Positions 46,581 through 56,602 of a stretch of 64,000 bases of DNA are shown here, piece after piece. Source of the stretch: Gemmatimonadales bacterium (GTDB lineage Bacteria > Gemmatimonadota > Gemmatimonadetes > Gemmatimonadales > GWC2-71-9). The stretch lies in assembly GCA_965250155.1 (NCBI GenBank), contig OZ252291.1, positions 2,125,669 through 2,189,668 on the forward strand, read 5' to 3'. The position numbers and the translations under genes were made by a program. Below the pieces are notes generated by a model. That model saw nothing but the letters and a program-made list of their open reading frames with translations, made no database searches and was not told the origin of the DNA. How positions within the stretch are numbered: position 1 is the first letter of the stretch; each line of letters starts with the position of its first letter.

Positions 46581-48556
46581 TGCCCAGCTCGGTGTCAATG
46601 ATCTGGCTCGCGGTGCTCCTGCCGTTCCTGGGCTTTCTGGCGAACGGTTGGTTGAGCTTCTTCCGGCCGGACGCGAAACGCGCCGTGAGTGTAATAGGCG
46701 TCGGTGTTCTGGTCGCCTCCTTCATCTCCGCTCTTGCCGGGGTGGTGGGACTCGTGGGGGCCGTACATGACGTGCCCTACATCGTGCACATGTGGTCGTG
46801 GATGCCGGTTGGTGAGCTGCAGGTCGATCTGGCGTTCCAGGTCGACGAGTTGTCGGCCGTCATGCTCATGGTAGTGACCGGTGTCGGTGCCCTGATCCAC
46901 GTGTTCAGCGTGGGATACATGCGTGAGGACAGATCGTACCCACGGTATTTCGCCTACCTGAACCTGTTTGTCTTCTTCATGCTGGTGCTGGTGCTCGGCG
47001 CCAACTTTCCGGTCCTGTTCGTCGGGTGGGAAGGGGTGGGTCTCTGCAGCTACCTCCTCATCGGGTTCTGGTTCGACGACGAGGCCAAGGCGACTGCCGG
47101 TAAGAAGGCGTTCATCATGAACCGGATCGGCGACTTCGGGTTGCTGTTGGCCATGTTCATGATTTTCCGGGCGGTTGGGTCGTTGGATTTTCTGGAGGTC
47201 TTCGAGGCCGCGCCGGCCGCGTTCGTCACCAACGGACCTGAGATCACGCTCATCACACTCTTTCTCTTTCTCGGCTGCATCGGTAAATCTGCCCAGATCC
47301 CACTCTACACCTGGCTCCCGGACGCCATGGCAGGTCCCACGCCGGTGTCCGCACTGATCCACGCGGCAACGATGGTGACGGCTGGCGTGTACCTAATAGC
47401 CCGCACCAATGTGCTGTTCGCGATGGCGCCGGTCTCCGGAGCAGTGGTAGCCCTGGTGGGTGCCGTCACCGCCCTATTCGCCGCGACGATCGCCCTCAAG
47501 CAGTGGGATATCAAGAAGGTTCTGGCGTATTCCACGGTGTCGCAATTGGGATACATGTTCGTCGGTGTGGGCGTGGGCGCCTACGCGGCCGGAATCTTTC
47601 ACCTCGTTACGCACGCGTTCTTCAAGGCGCTCTTGTTTCTTGGCGCTGGGAGCGTGATTCACGTCATGCATCACGCGTACCAGCACACGCACAGCGGTGA
47701 AGACGCTCAAGATATGCGGAATATGGGCGGCCTCGGGAAGTTCATGCCGTGGACCGCGGCGGTCATGTGGGTCGCGACGCTTGCGATTGCCGGGGTGCCG
47801 GGACTCTCGGGGTTCTTCTCGAAGGATCAGATACTGGCAGAAGCCTTTGCGCGTGGCCAGGACGCGTTCTTGTTCTACGTGATTTGGGCTCTCGGAGCCG
47901 TAGCGGCACTGCTCACGGCGTTCTACATGACCCGCCTCATGCTCTACGCCTTCCACGGGCCCAATCGCACTGGTGAGGCGGAAGCGAAACACCTGCATGA
48001 AGCACCCTGGGTGATGACGGGCCCGCTGGTGGTGCTCGCCGCGGGAAGTGTGCTCGGCGGTTTCCTCAACCTGCCGCACGTGTTGCCGGGGGCAGAGTGG
48101 CTGGAGCGTTGGCTCGAGCCGGTTACTGAAGGGTCTGTGCCGTATCTGTCGGAAGCGCATCTGTCCGAGGGATTGGAGTGGGGCCTCATGGGGCTCGCTA
48201 CGTTGATCGCTGCGGTGGGCATGATCGCTGCCTGGTACTTCCTGAAGCCGGATCGCCTCGGGGCGGCGAAAGCCGCGCCTGCGGAGACCGGTGTCCAGCG
48301 CGTCTTACTGAACAAGTATTATGTCGACGAACTGTACAACGCACTGATCGTACGGCCCACCGACTGGGTGTCACGCAAAGTGCTTTGGAGGATCATCGAT
48401 ATGGGTGCCATCGACGGCGCCGTCGTTCACGGTGCCGCCAAGGTGGGCCGGCTGTTGGGGTGGATCGGGACCCGGTTCCAAACCGGGAATCTCGGTACTT
48501 ACGTGGTGCTGTTCGTCATAGGAGTGCTCTTCGTCCTGAGTGCGGTGGCGGGGTGA
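46580..48556 (+). CDS. nuoL: NADH-quinone oxidoreductase subunit L
   Basis: [44 protein letters not shown]. Confidence 0.96.
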   Translation: [658 protein letters not shown]

Positions 48557-48563
48557 GGGCGAG

Positions 48564-50141
48564 ATGAGCGGGTTCCTTGCGAGTATTGGGTACGGGCAGT
48601 GGGTGCTCGAAGCCATCATGTTCGTTCCGCTGCTCGGTGCTCTCATTGTCATAATGGGACCGAGCGGACAAGCGAAGAAGATCGCGCTTTGGTTCGCGCT
48701 CGTCGAGTTCGTCTTGTCGCTGGGGTTGTGGTGGGCGTTCGACCAGGGCACGGCGTCGATGCAGTTCGAGGTCTACCACGAGTGGATCCCGGCGTGGGGG
48801 ATCGCATATCACCTGGGCATTGACGGCGTGTCATTGTTCATGGTGTTGCTCACCACCTTCATGATGCCTCTCACGATCCTTGGTAGCTGGAACTACATCA
48901 AGGAGCGGGAAAGCCCGTTCTATGCCCTCATGCTGGTGCTCACCACCGGCATGTTGGGTGTATTCGTTGCCCTCGACATGTTCCTGTTTTACGTATTCTG
49001 GGAGATTATGCTGATCCCGATGTATTTCATCATCGGGGTGTGGGGTGGTGCAAGACGGCTCTATGCCACAATCAAGTTTTTCATGTTTACATTTTTTGGG
49101 TCGCTGCTCATGCTGGTGGCGATCCTCGTTATGTATCGCGTGGTTGGGCGCGAGACGGGCGATTACTCCTTCAGTTACAGTCATCTGCTGCATAACACAC
49201 AGTATCTGGGACAGTGGGCCTTCTGGTTGTTCGGCGCCTTCTTCCTGGCGTTCGCCATCAAGGTCCCCATGTTCCCGTTTCACACCTGGCTGCCCGACGC
49301 GCACGTTGAGGCGCCTACCCCCGGATCGGTCATCCTAGCGGGAATCCTCTTGAAGATGGGTGCGTACGGATTCCTGCGGTTTGCCGTACCCTTCTTCCCT
49401 CACGTTGCACTCGACCCCACGGTTGTTGTGATCGTCGTCACGCTTGCCGTGGTGGGAATCATTTACGGTGCGCTGGTTGCGCTGGTGCAGCCGGATTTCA
49501 AGAAACTCGTGGCGTATTCGTCTGTGAGCCACCTGGGGTTCGTGATGCTCGGGATCTGGGCCCTGACGCTGCAAAGCATTCAGGGCGCCATCGTCATCAT
49601 GATCAACCATGGCATCTCGACTGGCGCACTCTTTTTCATGGCGGGCATGATGTACGAGCGACGTCACACTCGGGAGATTGCCGACTTCGGCGGCATCGCG
49701 AGAGTGGTGCCTGCCTTCGCGGCCATCCTCACGCTCGTGGCCCTGTCTTCGATCGGCTTGCCGGGTACGAACGGCTTTGTGGGTGAATTCTTGGTGCTGA
49801 TCGGGTCGTTCCGTCAGTATCCGGTGGCCACGGCGATCGCCACGACCGGGGTCGTCTTCGCGGCCATGTATCTCTTGCTCGCGCTGCAGCGGGTCCTCTT
49901 TGGGAAGTTGGATAACCCCGCCAACGAGAAGATGCAGGATCTCTCGATCCGCGAGCTATTCGTGTTGGGCCCGCTGGTGGTATGCATCGTGTGGATTGGG
50001 TTATATCCCGCGCCGATCTTGCGCCGAGTTGAGGTGTCAGCGCAAGCATTGGTGACACAGGTACGCGACCAGGTACGCGTGCAGGCCAAAGGGATTCCCG
50101 GGGAACAGCAGCCGCTAGGCAAGCTTGGAGACGACGAGTAA
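48564..50141 (+). CDS. nuoM: NADH-quinone oxidoreductase subunit M
   Basis: FWE..PMY, KVPMFPFHTWLPDAHVEAPT, AYSSVSH. Confidence 0.96.
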   Translation: MSGFLASIGYGQWVLEAIMFVPLLGALIVIMGPSGQAKKIALWFALVEFVLSLGLWWAFDQGTASMQFEVYHEWIPAWGIAYHLGIDGVSLFMVLLTTFMMPLTILGSWNYIKERESPFYALMLVLTTGMLGVFVALDMFLFYVFWEIMLIPMYFIIGVWGGARRLYATIKFFMFTFFGSLLMLVAILVMYRVVGRETGDYSFSYSHLLHNTQYLGQWAFWLFGAFFLAFAIKVPMFPFHTWLPDAHVEAPTPGSVILAGILLKMGAYGFLRFAVPFFPHVALDPTVVVIVVTLAVVGIIYGALVALVQPDFKKLVAYSSVSHLGFVMLGIWALTLQSIQGAIVIMINHGISTGALFFMAGMMYERRHTREIADFGGIARVVPAFAAILTLVALSSIGLPGTNGFVGEFLVLIGSFRQYPVATAIATTGVVFAAMYLLLALQRVLFGKLDNPANEKMQDLSIRELFVLGPLVVCIVWIGLYPAPILRRVEVSAQALVTQVRDQVRVQAKGIPGEQQPLGKLGDDE

Positions 50142-51703
50142 TGGGAATGGTGGTGGATCTCGCGACGCCTGCAGGCCTGTTTTGGGGCATGCTCCCGGAG
50201 GTCGTGCTCACCGGGTGGGCCTTGGCGTTGATGCTGGTTGTGGGGTGGCGTCACAGCGGGGAAGAGGACCAGCGGTTCGCCGGCCAGCTCGCGTTGGCAG
50301 CTCTCGTGAGCACGCTGTTCGCCTTGTGGTGGCTCTGGGCCAAGGATGCGCGGCCCGACGGCATCGCGCTGATGATCGCGTTGGATGGCTTCCGGTACGC
50401 GTCGTCCACCATCTTCCTCCTGGGTGCCATCATGACGGTAATGCTGTCGCTCGGTTACGTTGGGCGCGAACGCATTCACACTCCCGAGTATTATCTCCTC
50501 ATCCTCTTTGCAACGATCGGTATGATGGTCATGTCGGCGGCGGCCGACCTGATCGTGCTGTTCCTGGGGCTGGAGATCATGTCCGTCTGCGTGTATGTAC
50601 TGACGGGCATCAACCGTAAGAGCGTGTTCGGAGCCGAGGCCGCGCTGAAATATTTCCTGTTGGGGGCATTCGCATCGGGGTTCGTGATTTACGGCATTGC
50701 ACTCATCTACGGCGCCACCGGCACGACCAACCTCACACTCATCGCCGTGAGGATCACCAACCTGGGGCTGCAATCCAACGGCATGCTAATGGCCGGCATT
50801 GGATTGCTGATCATCGGATTCGCGTTCAAGGTGGGAGCCGTGCCGTTCCACATGTGGACCCCGGATGTGTACGACGGGGCGCCGACGCCCATCACGGGAT
50901 TCATGGCGGCTGCGGTCAAAGCAGCAGCGTTTGCCGCGTTGATGCGCATCATGGTCCACTCACTCGGCGAGTCGATCGGTACGTGGCAGAACGCCGTGTG
51001 GTGGCTGGCCGTCGTCACCATGCTCGGCGGCAACCTCATGGCCTTGGCGCAGCGGCATCTGAAACGGATGCTGGCGTACAGCTCGATCGCCCACGCCGGA
51101 TACCTGCTCACGGCGGTCGTCAGTGGGACGGAGACAGGAGCGGCGGCCTACCTGTTTTATGCCCTCGCCTACACCCTCGTCACCCTCGGCGCGTTCGGCG
51201 TGCTGGCGGTCGTGGGCCGCAACGGCGAGCGCGACGTGCGTATCGACGACCTGGCGGGTCTGGCGGCGAAGCAACCCTGGATAGCCTTTGCCATGGCGGT
51301 GTTCATGTTGTCGCTGTTGGGTTTCCCCGGCACCGCCGGCTTCATGGCCAAGTGGTACGTTCTCATGTCTGCCATCGAAGCGGATCAGTGGACGCTCAGC
51401 ATAATGCTCGTCTTGGCCAGTGTGGTATCCGCGGGCTACTACCTACCGGTGGTCATGGAGATGTACATGAACCCGCCCATCACGGAAAAGGCACACCAGG
51501 AGAGCGTGGCGGTCGGCGCAGGGCGGTGGGTCATCGGAGCGACGGCGGCGCTGCTGCTGCTCTTCGGTTTCTTCCCGGGCCGACTGATGGATGTGTCGCG
51601 CTCGAGCAGCGATGATCTGAAGCCCTCGGTAGCCTTCACCTACAATGACACCAACGACTCGGGCGACGGTTTCCTGAAAGAGTTCACCGCGGGTGAACGC
51701 TGA
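50141..51703 (+). CDS. nuoN: NADH-quinone oxidoreductase subunit N
   Basis: EAALKYF, FK-AVPFH-WTPDVY-GAP, KRMLAYSSIAH. Confidence 0.96.
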   Translation: MGMVVDLATPAGLFWGMLPEVVLTGWALALMLVVGWRHSGEEDQRFAGQLALAALVSTLFALWWLWAKDARPDGIALMIALDGFRYASSTIFLLGAIMTVMLSLGYVGRERIHTPEYYLLILFATIGMMVMSAAADLIVLFLGLEIMSVCVYVLTGINRKSVFGAEAALKYFLLGAFASGFVIYGIALIYGATGTTNLTLIAVRITNLGLQSNGMLMAGIGLLIIGFAFKVGAVPFHMWTPDVYDGAPTPITGFMAAAVKAAAFAALMRIMVHSLGESIGTWQNAVWWLAVVTMLGGNLMALAQRHLKRMLAYSSIAHAGYLLTAVVSGTETGAAAYLFYALAYTLVTLGAFGVLAVVGRNGERDVRIDDLAGLAAKQPWIAFAMAVFMLSLLGFPGTAGFMAKWYVLMSAIEADQWTLSIMLVLASVVSAGYYLPVVMEMYMNPPITEKAHQESVAVGAGRWVIGATAALLLLFGFFPGRLMDVSRSSSDDLKPSVAFTYNDTNDSGDGFLKEFTAGER

Positions 51704-51724
51704 CGACATCTTTGTGACTGTGAA

Positions 51725-53089
51725 ATGAAAGTCTCCCCATCCATCTTCCGGCAATATGACATCAGGGGTGTGGTGGGCGATGAGCTCGACGCACAGGTGG
51801 CGCATGCGATCGGCCGGGCCGTAGCCACAGACGCACGACAGAGTACGGGCAAGGCCGCGCGCCTCGCAGTGGGCCGAGACAACCGGCCCAGCGGTGAGCT
51901 GCTGGCGCACGCGCTGGGAGACGGCATGGCGGCGGCTGGCGCGACGGCGATCGACATCGGCATGTTGCCGACTCCGGCGCTCTACCTAGCGCTGCATGAA
52001 CTCGGCGTGGATGGCGGTGTGCAGGTCACCGGCTCCCATAATCCACCTCAGTTTAACGGCTTCAAGATGGTGGTAGGAGGTGTAACGCTACACGGTGAGG
52101 ACGTTCAGGAATTGCGGCGGTTGATTGAGGATGACGCGACGGACGACGGCGCCGGGAGCCTCGAGGTCGAAACCACTGTACTCGAGAGGTATTCGGCTGC
52201 AATCCTAGAACGCAACGGGCCGCTGGCTAGGCCCATTCGCGTCGTCGTGGACTGCGGCAACGGCGTGACGAGTCTCGTTGCGGAAAGGGTCTTGTCCCGA
52301 CTTGGCGCTGATGTAACGCCGCTGTTCTGCGAATCGGACGGCACGTTTCCCAATCACCATCCCGATCCCACGGTACTGGAAAATCTCACCGATCTGCAAG
52401 AGGCCGTGCGTCGTGGGAGAGCTGCGCTGGGCATTGCGTTTGACGGTGACGGAGATCGCATCGGCGTCGTGGACGAGCGCGGCGAGGTTGTTTACGGCGA
52501 TAAGCTGCTCGCGCTCTTCGGCAGGGATCTGGTGCAGCGGTTGGGCGATGGGCACTCGGTCATTTTCGACGTCAAGTGCTCCGACGTTCTTGCCGGTGAT
52601 CTGGAGAAATCCGGTCTCCAACCGGTGATGTGGAAGACGGGGCATTCGCTCATCAAGGCCAAGATGAAGGAGTTGGGATCGCCGCTGGCGGGTGAGATGA
52701 GCGGCCACATGTTCTTTGGTGGGGACTACTACGGCTTCGACGACGCACTGTTCGCGGCAGCGCGACTGTTGGATTATCTGGCCAAGATGAACGAGCCGGT
52801 CTCCGTCATGTTGTCCAACCTGCCGCAACGCTGCTCCACGCCTGAGTTGCGGGTGGACTGTGATGACGACAGGAAGTTCGACATCGTGGCCCGGGCCGTC
52901 GAGCACTTTTCATCCAGGTACGAGACATCGAATATCGATGGTGTGCGGATTTCGTTTGCGGACGGCTGGGGTCTCATCCGAGCATCGAACACGCAGCCGG
53001 TGCTGGTGATGCGGTTCGAGGCGGGGAGTGAAGAGGGCCTGCGGTCGTATCGTGGTGAGGTTGAGGAATGGCTAGAACGTGAGATGTGA
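51725..53089 (+). CDS. Phosphomannomutase/phosphoglucomutase
   Basis: FRQYDIRG, TGSHNP, FDGDGDR, GEMSGH, RASNT. Confidence 0.95.
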   Translation: MKVSPSIFRQYDIRGVVGDELDAQVAHAIGRAVATDARQSTGKAARLAVGRDNRPSGELLAHALGDGMAAAGATAIDIGMLPTPALYLALHELGVDGGVQVTGSHNPPQFNGFKMVVGGVTLHGEDVQELRRLIEDDATDDGAGSLEVETTVLERYSAAILERNGPLARPIRVVVDCGNGVTSLVAERVLSRLGADVTPLFCESDGTFPNHHPDPTVLENLTDLQEAVRRGRAALGIAFDGDGDRIGVVDERGEVVYGDKLLALFGRDLVQRLGDGHSVIFDVKCSDVLAGDLEKSGLQPVMWKTGHSLIKAKMKELGSPLAGEMSGHMFFGGDYYGFDDALFAAARLLDYLAKMNEPVSVMLSNLPQRCSTPELRVDCDDDRKFDIVARAVEHFSSRYETSNIDGVRISFADGWGLIRASNTQPVLVMRFEAGSEEGLRSYRGEVEEWLEREM

Positions 53090-53206
53090 GAGGGGAGAAG
53101 GGAGAGGGCCCCACCCCGGCATGTTGTAATCTTTTTCCCCTTCCGCCTTTCTGTACTTCCGGCCATCCGTCCTACCTGTTCGCTGGCAAATCCAACGCCC
53201 TCCGAT

Positions 53207-53470
53207 CTACGATCCGTCCGCCTTGATCACGCGCTCGATTTTCTGCGCATTGCTGATATCATCGAGTGGATTGCCTTGCAACAAGACCATATCGGCCAGT
53301 TTTCCCTCATCGATCGAACCCATGTCCCGTTCCTTCCCGAGGAAGATGGCGGCGTTGAGGGTGCCGATACGTATGGCTTCCAACTCGGGTATGCCGCCGG
53401 CGCCGATATTCTCGTAAATGGTGTAGCGGTCGGGAGGGGTGGTCTTGAGACGGTCGAGATGGTTTGCCAT
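53207..53470 (-). pseudogene. In-frame chimera: Ser/Thr kinase N-terminus plus amidohydrolase C-terminus
   Basis: MANHLDRLK...DRYTI...IGAGG joined to GIPELEAIRIGTLNAA.FLG....GSI..GKLADMVLL..NPL.DI. Confidence 0.7.
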
Positions 53471-53582
53471 GGCGCAACGAAATTAGGACGTTCTCAGGCT
53501 TTCGGCGAGGGGACGGCCTCCGGGGTTCCGGCAAGGGCTCCCTGGAAGCCATATTAACCACATGAGAGAACCACGCAGCAAC

Positions 53583-53816
53583 ATGCGACTCGCCCGCGCC
53601 TGCTCCCTGTTGGTCTCGCTATGGTAGCTGGGTTGTGTGGCCCGCAACGACGTCTCACCCAACATCGTGCTCATCATCATCGACGACATGGGTTGGGTCG
53701 ATACCGGCGTGTACGGCAGCACGTTTTACGAGACTCCGAACATCGATCGGCTTGCTGAGCGTGTTGACGCGCGCATGCCGACCCCCAACCCCGACTGGAG
53801 GCCACCCGAGCGCTAG
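53583..53816 (+). pseudogene. Hollowed sulfatase gene
   Basis: Signal peptide with [32 protein letters not shown] joined in frame to the C-terminal [12 protein letters not shown]; CxPxR site absent. Confidence 0.8.
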
Positions 53817-53933
53817 ATGGTCACCTCCCGACCTCCCCGCCTCCCCATGTTTAGCGCGGGATGGCGCGCAACTCCGCGTTCGTCCGCGTAGCTAAGGGGC
53901 GGTGAGGGAGCGGCTAGGTAGACATTAACCAAG

Positions 53934-54575
53934 ATGCAGCGCGCTGCCCGTTACCCCATCCTTCTTTCCCTCTGTTCGACGTCTCTGGTCGCGCAGAGCC
54001 CGGCCCCCTTCGATACCACGTTGGTGGGACAGTGGCCCTACTCCGCCATGCACACGCTGTTCGAGAAGACGATCTTCAAGGTGGACGTACTCACCTTGGA
54101 CGTCCGGTTCGGCCCCGAGCCGGCAAGGCGGCTGGAGGCGCTTGTGGCGGGCCGACGGTATTCCTCTTCGCTCGCCGATTCGATCGCCGCCGTCGCGGTA
54201 GACGCAAGAGACGCATGGGCTCGCCTTCGCTTCGAGCGCAACGTGAGTCTCGTTCGGTTTCTCGACGGCATTCGTAAGAATTTTAAACGTGCTCTGCAAA
54301 CAGGCATTATCGACGCCGACTCGTACGATGATATCTCGAGAGATCTTCCCGTTTGGTATCAATTTCTCGCAGCAGACGGAATACATGATGGAGACGAGAT
54401 GTTCTATCGTATCAGGGGCGACACGCTGCACACGGTATACCGCTCTGTAACGGGCGAAATGCTCCTCGACCAAATCGACATAGGTCCCGAACGACGCCTC
54501 TCCGTGCTGGGCGGGTACTTTGCCCCGAAATCAGATTTTAGGAAGGGTCTCATCAAGTCACTCTTCGAGAACTGA
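53934..54575 (+). CDS. Secreted hypothetical protein, possibly chalcone-isomerase-like fold
   Basis: Signal peptide; KTIFKVDV, ARLRFERNV, GD..FY pattern resembles CHI-like proteins (weak). Confidence 0.65.
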   Translation: MQRAARYPILLSLCSTSLVAQSPAPFDTTLVGQWPYSAMHTLFEKTIFKVDVLTLDVRFGPEPARRLEALVAGRRYSSSLADSIAAVAVDARDAWARLRFERNVSLVRFLDGIRKNFKRALQTGIIDADSYDDISRDLPVWYQFLAADGIHDGDEMFYRIRGDTLHTVYRSVTGEMLLDQIDIGPERRLSVLGGYFAPKSDFRKGLIKSLFEN

Positions 54576-54590
54576 AACTCACTGGTAAGC

Positions 54591-55454
54591 ATGATTACCG
54601 CGTCCCATCAGCCGAAGGTCGCTGACGTCGCTCGACACTACGACGAAGTCGACCCCTTCTACCGGGAGCTTTGGGGCGAACATCTCCATCACGGTCTCTG
54701 GCTCACGGGGGATGAGGGATCCGACGAGGCGGTCCGACAGCTGGTCGACCTCGTGGTCGAGCAGGCCGGCATTCGCCCCGGTCATGTAGTCTGCGACGTG
54801 GGCTGTGGGTATGGAGCCACGGCTCGCATCCTCTCAGGCGAGTTTGGAGCGAGCGTTATCGGCTTCACCGTTTCGGAAGCGCAATACGTCTATGCGTGCG
54901 GTCGCATGGACGATCAACCCAATTCTCCTCGTTACGTGCTCGGTGATTGGCTCGGTAACTATATCGCTCCAGATTCGTTCGACGTCGTCATGGCTATCGA
55001 GAGCACAGAACACATGGTGGACATGGGACGCTTCCTGTCCGAAGTAGCCCGCGTTCTTCGGCCTGACGGGCGGCTCGTCATCTGCGCTTGGTTGTCTTCT
55101 GACCGGCCGGATCGCTGGGAGGTTCGGCATCTGCTGGGGCCGATTTGCGAGGAGGGGCGACTGGCTGCGCTCGTGACGGCAGACGAGTATCGTGCGGAGT
55201 TGAGGGCTGCCGGTTTCGTTGACGTTGTGTGCCAAGAGCTTACACGACGAGTGAGACGCACCTGGAATGTGAGCCTCGGAAGGATGCTTCACCGGATGCT
55301 CACCCGCCGCTCGTCGTGGGAATACCTGCTCGATCCCAGGAACGCCTCTCGGATATTTGCCCTCACCGTGCTCCGCATTTGGCTGGCGTACCGCACGGGC
55401 TGCTTGAGGTATGGGCTCTTGAGCGGCACCAAACCGGAGCCTGCAAGAGCGTGA
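54591..55454 (+). CDS. Class I SAM-dependent methyltransferase (tocopherol/sterol C-methyltransferase-like)
   Basis: HYD....Y..LWGEHLHHGLW, DVGCGYG, ESTEHM, RVLRPDG. Confidence 0.88.
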   Translation: MITASHQPKVADVARHYDEVDPFYRELWGEHLHHGLWLTGDEGSDEAVRQLVDLVVEQAGIRPGHVVCDVGCGYGATARILSGEFGASVIGFTVSEAQYVYACGRMDDQPNSPRYVLGDWLGNYIAPDSFDVVMAIESTEHMVDMGRFLSEVARVLRPDGRLVICAWLSSDRPDRWEVRHLLGPICEEGRLAALVTADEYRAELRAAGFVDVVCQELTRRVRRTWNVSLGRMLHRMLTRRSSWEYLLDPRNASRIFALTVLRIWLAYRTGCLRYGLLSGTKPEPARA

Positions 55455-55466
55455 GGCAGAAGATCT

Positions 55467-55516
55467 CCTGCCTCCCCTGCCTCCCCTGCCCCCCTGCCCC
55501 CCTGCCCCCCTGCCTC
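55467..55516. repeat. Short tandem repeat (CCTGCC(T/C)C(C)), about 5.5 units
   Basis: cctgcctcc x2, cctgcccc x3, cctgcctc directly after the methyltransferase stop. Confidence 0.85.
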
Positions 55517-55632
55517 TGCTGCTTCCCCCAGACCTCGCTTCCACCCAACGGAGATGCATCCGGCTCGTACTATTCGGTAACTTCAGTGAACTATCGTTGC
55601 CACCAATAGATTCTCTGCTTCTAGGAGGAGAT

Positions 55633-56160
55633 ATGCGGTCCGCACGCAACAATACGATCGGCGTTTGGTATCTGTTTGGCGCAGTGCTGGCCCTGTTGCT
55701 GCCCGCCATCTCCTTGCTCAGAACACGGTCAAGCCGGTGCTTCATGGCAGGCATTGGGTGGCTATCACCGGCAAGCCATTGGGTGCGACCGCCGGGGCTA
55801 TCATGTTCCTGAAGGGTGGCAATGCAGTCGATGCCGCAGCCGCCATGCTGGCTGCAACGGCGACGATGTACGACGTACTCAGTTGGGGGGGCTAGACGCA
55901 GGCTTTGATCTACAATCCGAATACCGGGAAGGTCACTGGCATCAATGCGTTGGGCGCCGCTCCCACCGGGGCCACGCCGGAATTCTTCCGGGAGCGGGGA
56001 ATGGCCTATCCATCTGCCTAGGGGCCCCTCGCCGCCGTAACGCCGGGCACCCCGGGAGGGCTTCTGGTGATGCCGGCGGAGTACGGAACGTTGAGTCTCG
56101 AGGCAGTGCTGGAGCCCGCTATGCAGATGGCGGAGGTTACTCCATCGATGCACAGACAAC
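55633..56160 (+). pseudogene. Gamma-glutamyltransferase family N-terminal remnant
   Basis: KPVLHGRHWVAITGKP..GGNAVDAA..LSWGG*..APTGAT..*GPLAAVTPG; two TAG stops, frameshifts, 3' truncation. Confidence 0.85.
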
Positions 56161-56602
56161 GCCATCTTCTTTGATTGGGAGCACGGCACGATGTGGGGTG
56201 GATCGAGTAACTTTGGCGAGGATTATGGTATTGCGTGGTAGCGAAGTGTGATCGGATTGCTCTAACCCTGAATGTCACGATACCTGCGCAGTAGCGGCCG
56301 CGTTCTTCTGCTCACGCGCATGTGGCGGTCCACCGTAGGCCACCAGCGTGGCGCCTATAGCCGTCTCAATCTCCAGATCCCTCGATAGCGTTCCGTGATC
56401 GTCGCGATAACGGCATCCTTCCTAGGCACGGCTCCGGTGGGTAACGTGTGGTGGATTGTACGGTCGGTGTTGCTTCCCGATTGAACAGCGACGGGTACCT
56501 TGAGAGCATCGACATGTGCGGCTACCGTAAGTCGGCAACTCTCGAATCTTCAACAAGGGGAGGATCGATGTCAGTTGAGGAAGGAAAGGCCGCGCTTAGA
56601 GG

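Noticed and set aside
53583-56160. TAG/TGA recoding (pyrrolysine, selenocysteine or alternative code) to explain in-frame stops
   Set aside because: The same genes also have frameshifts and large deletions, and intact core genes end normally in TAG and TGA.
56200-56550. Possible ncRNA or riboswitch in the long intergenic stretch
   Set aside because: No recognisable conserved motif or convincing structure by eye; probably further decayed coding DNA. An Rfam scan would settle it.
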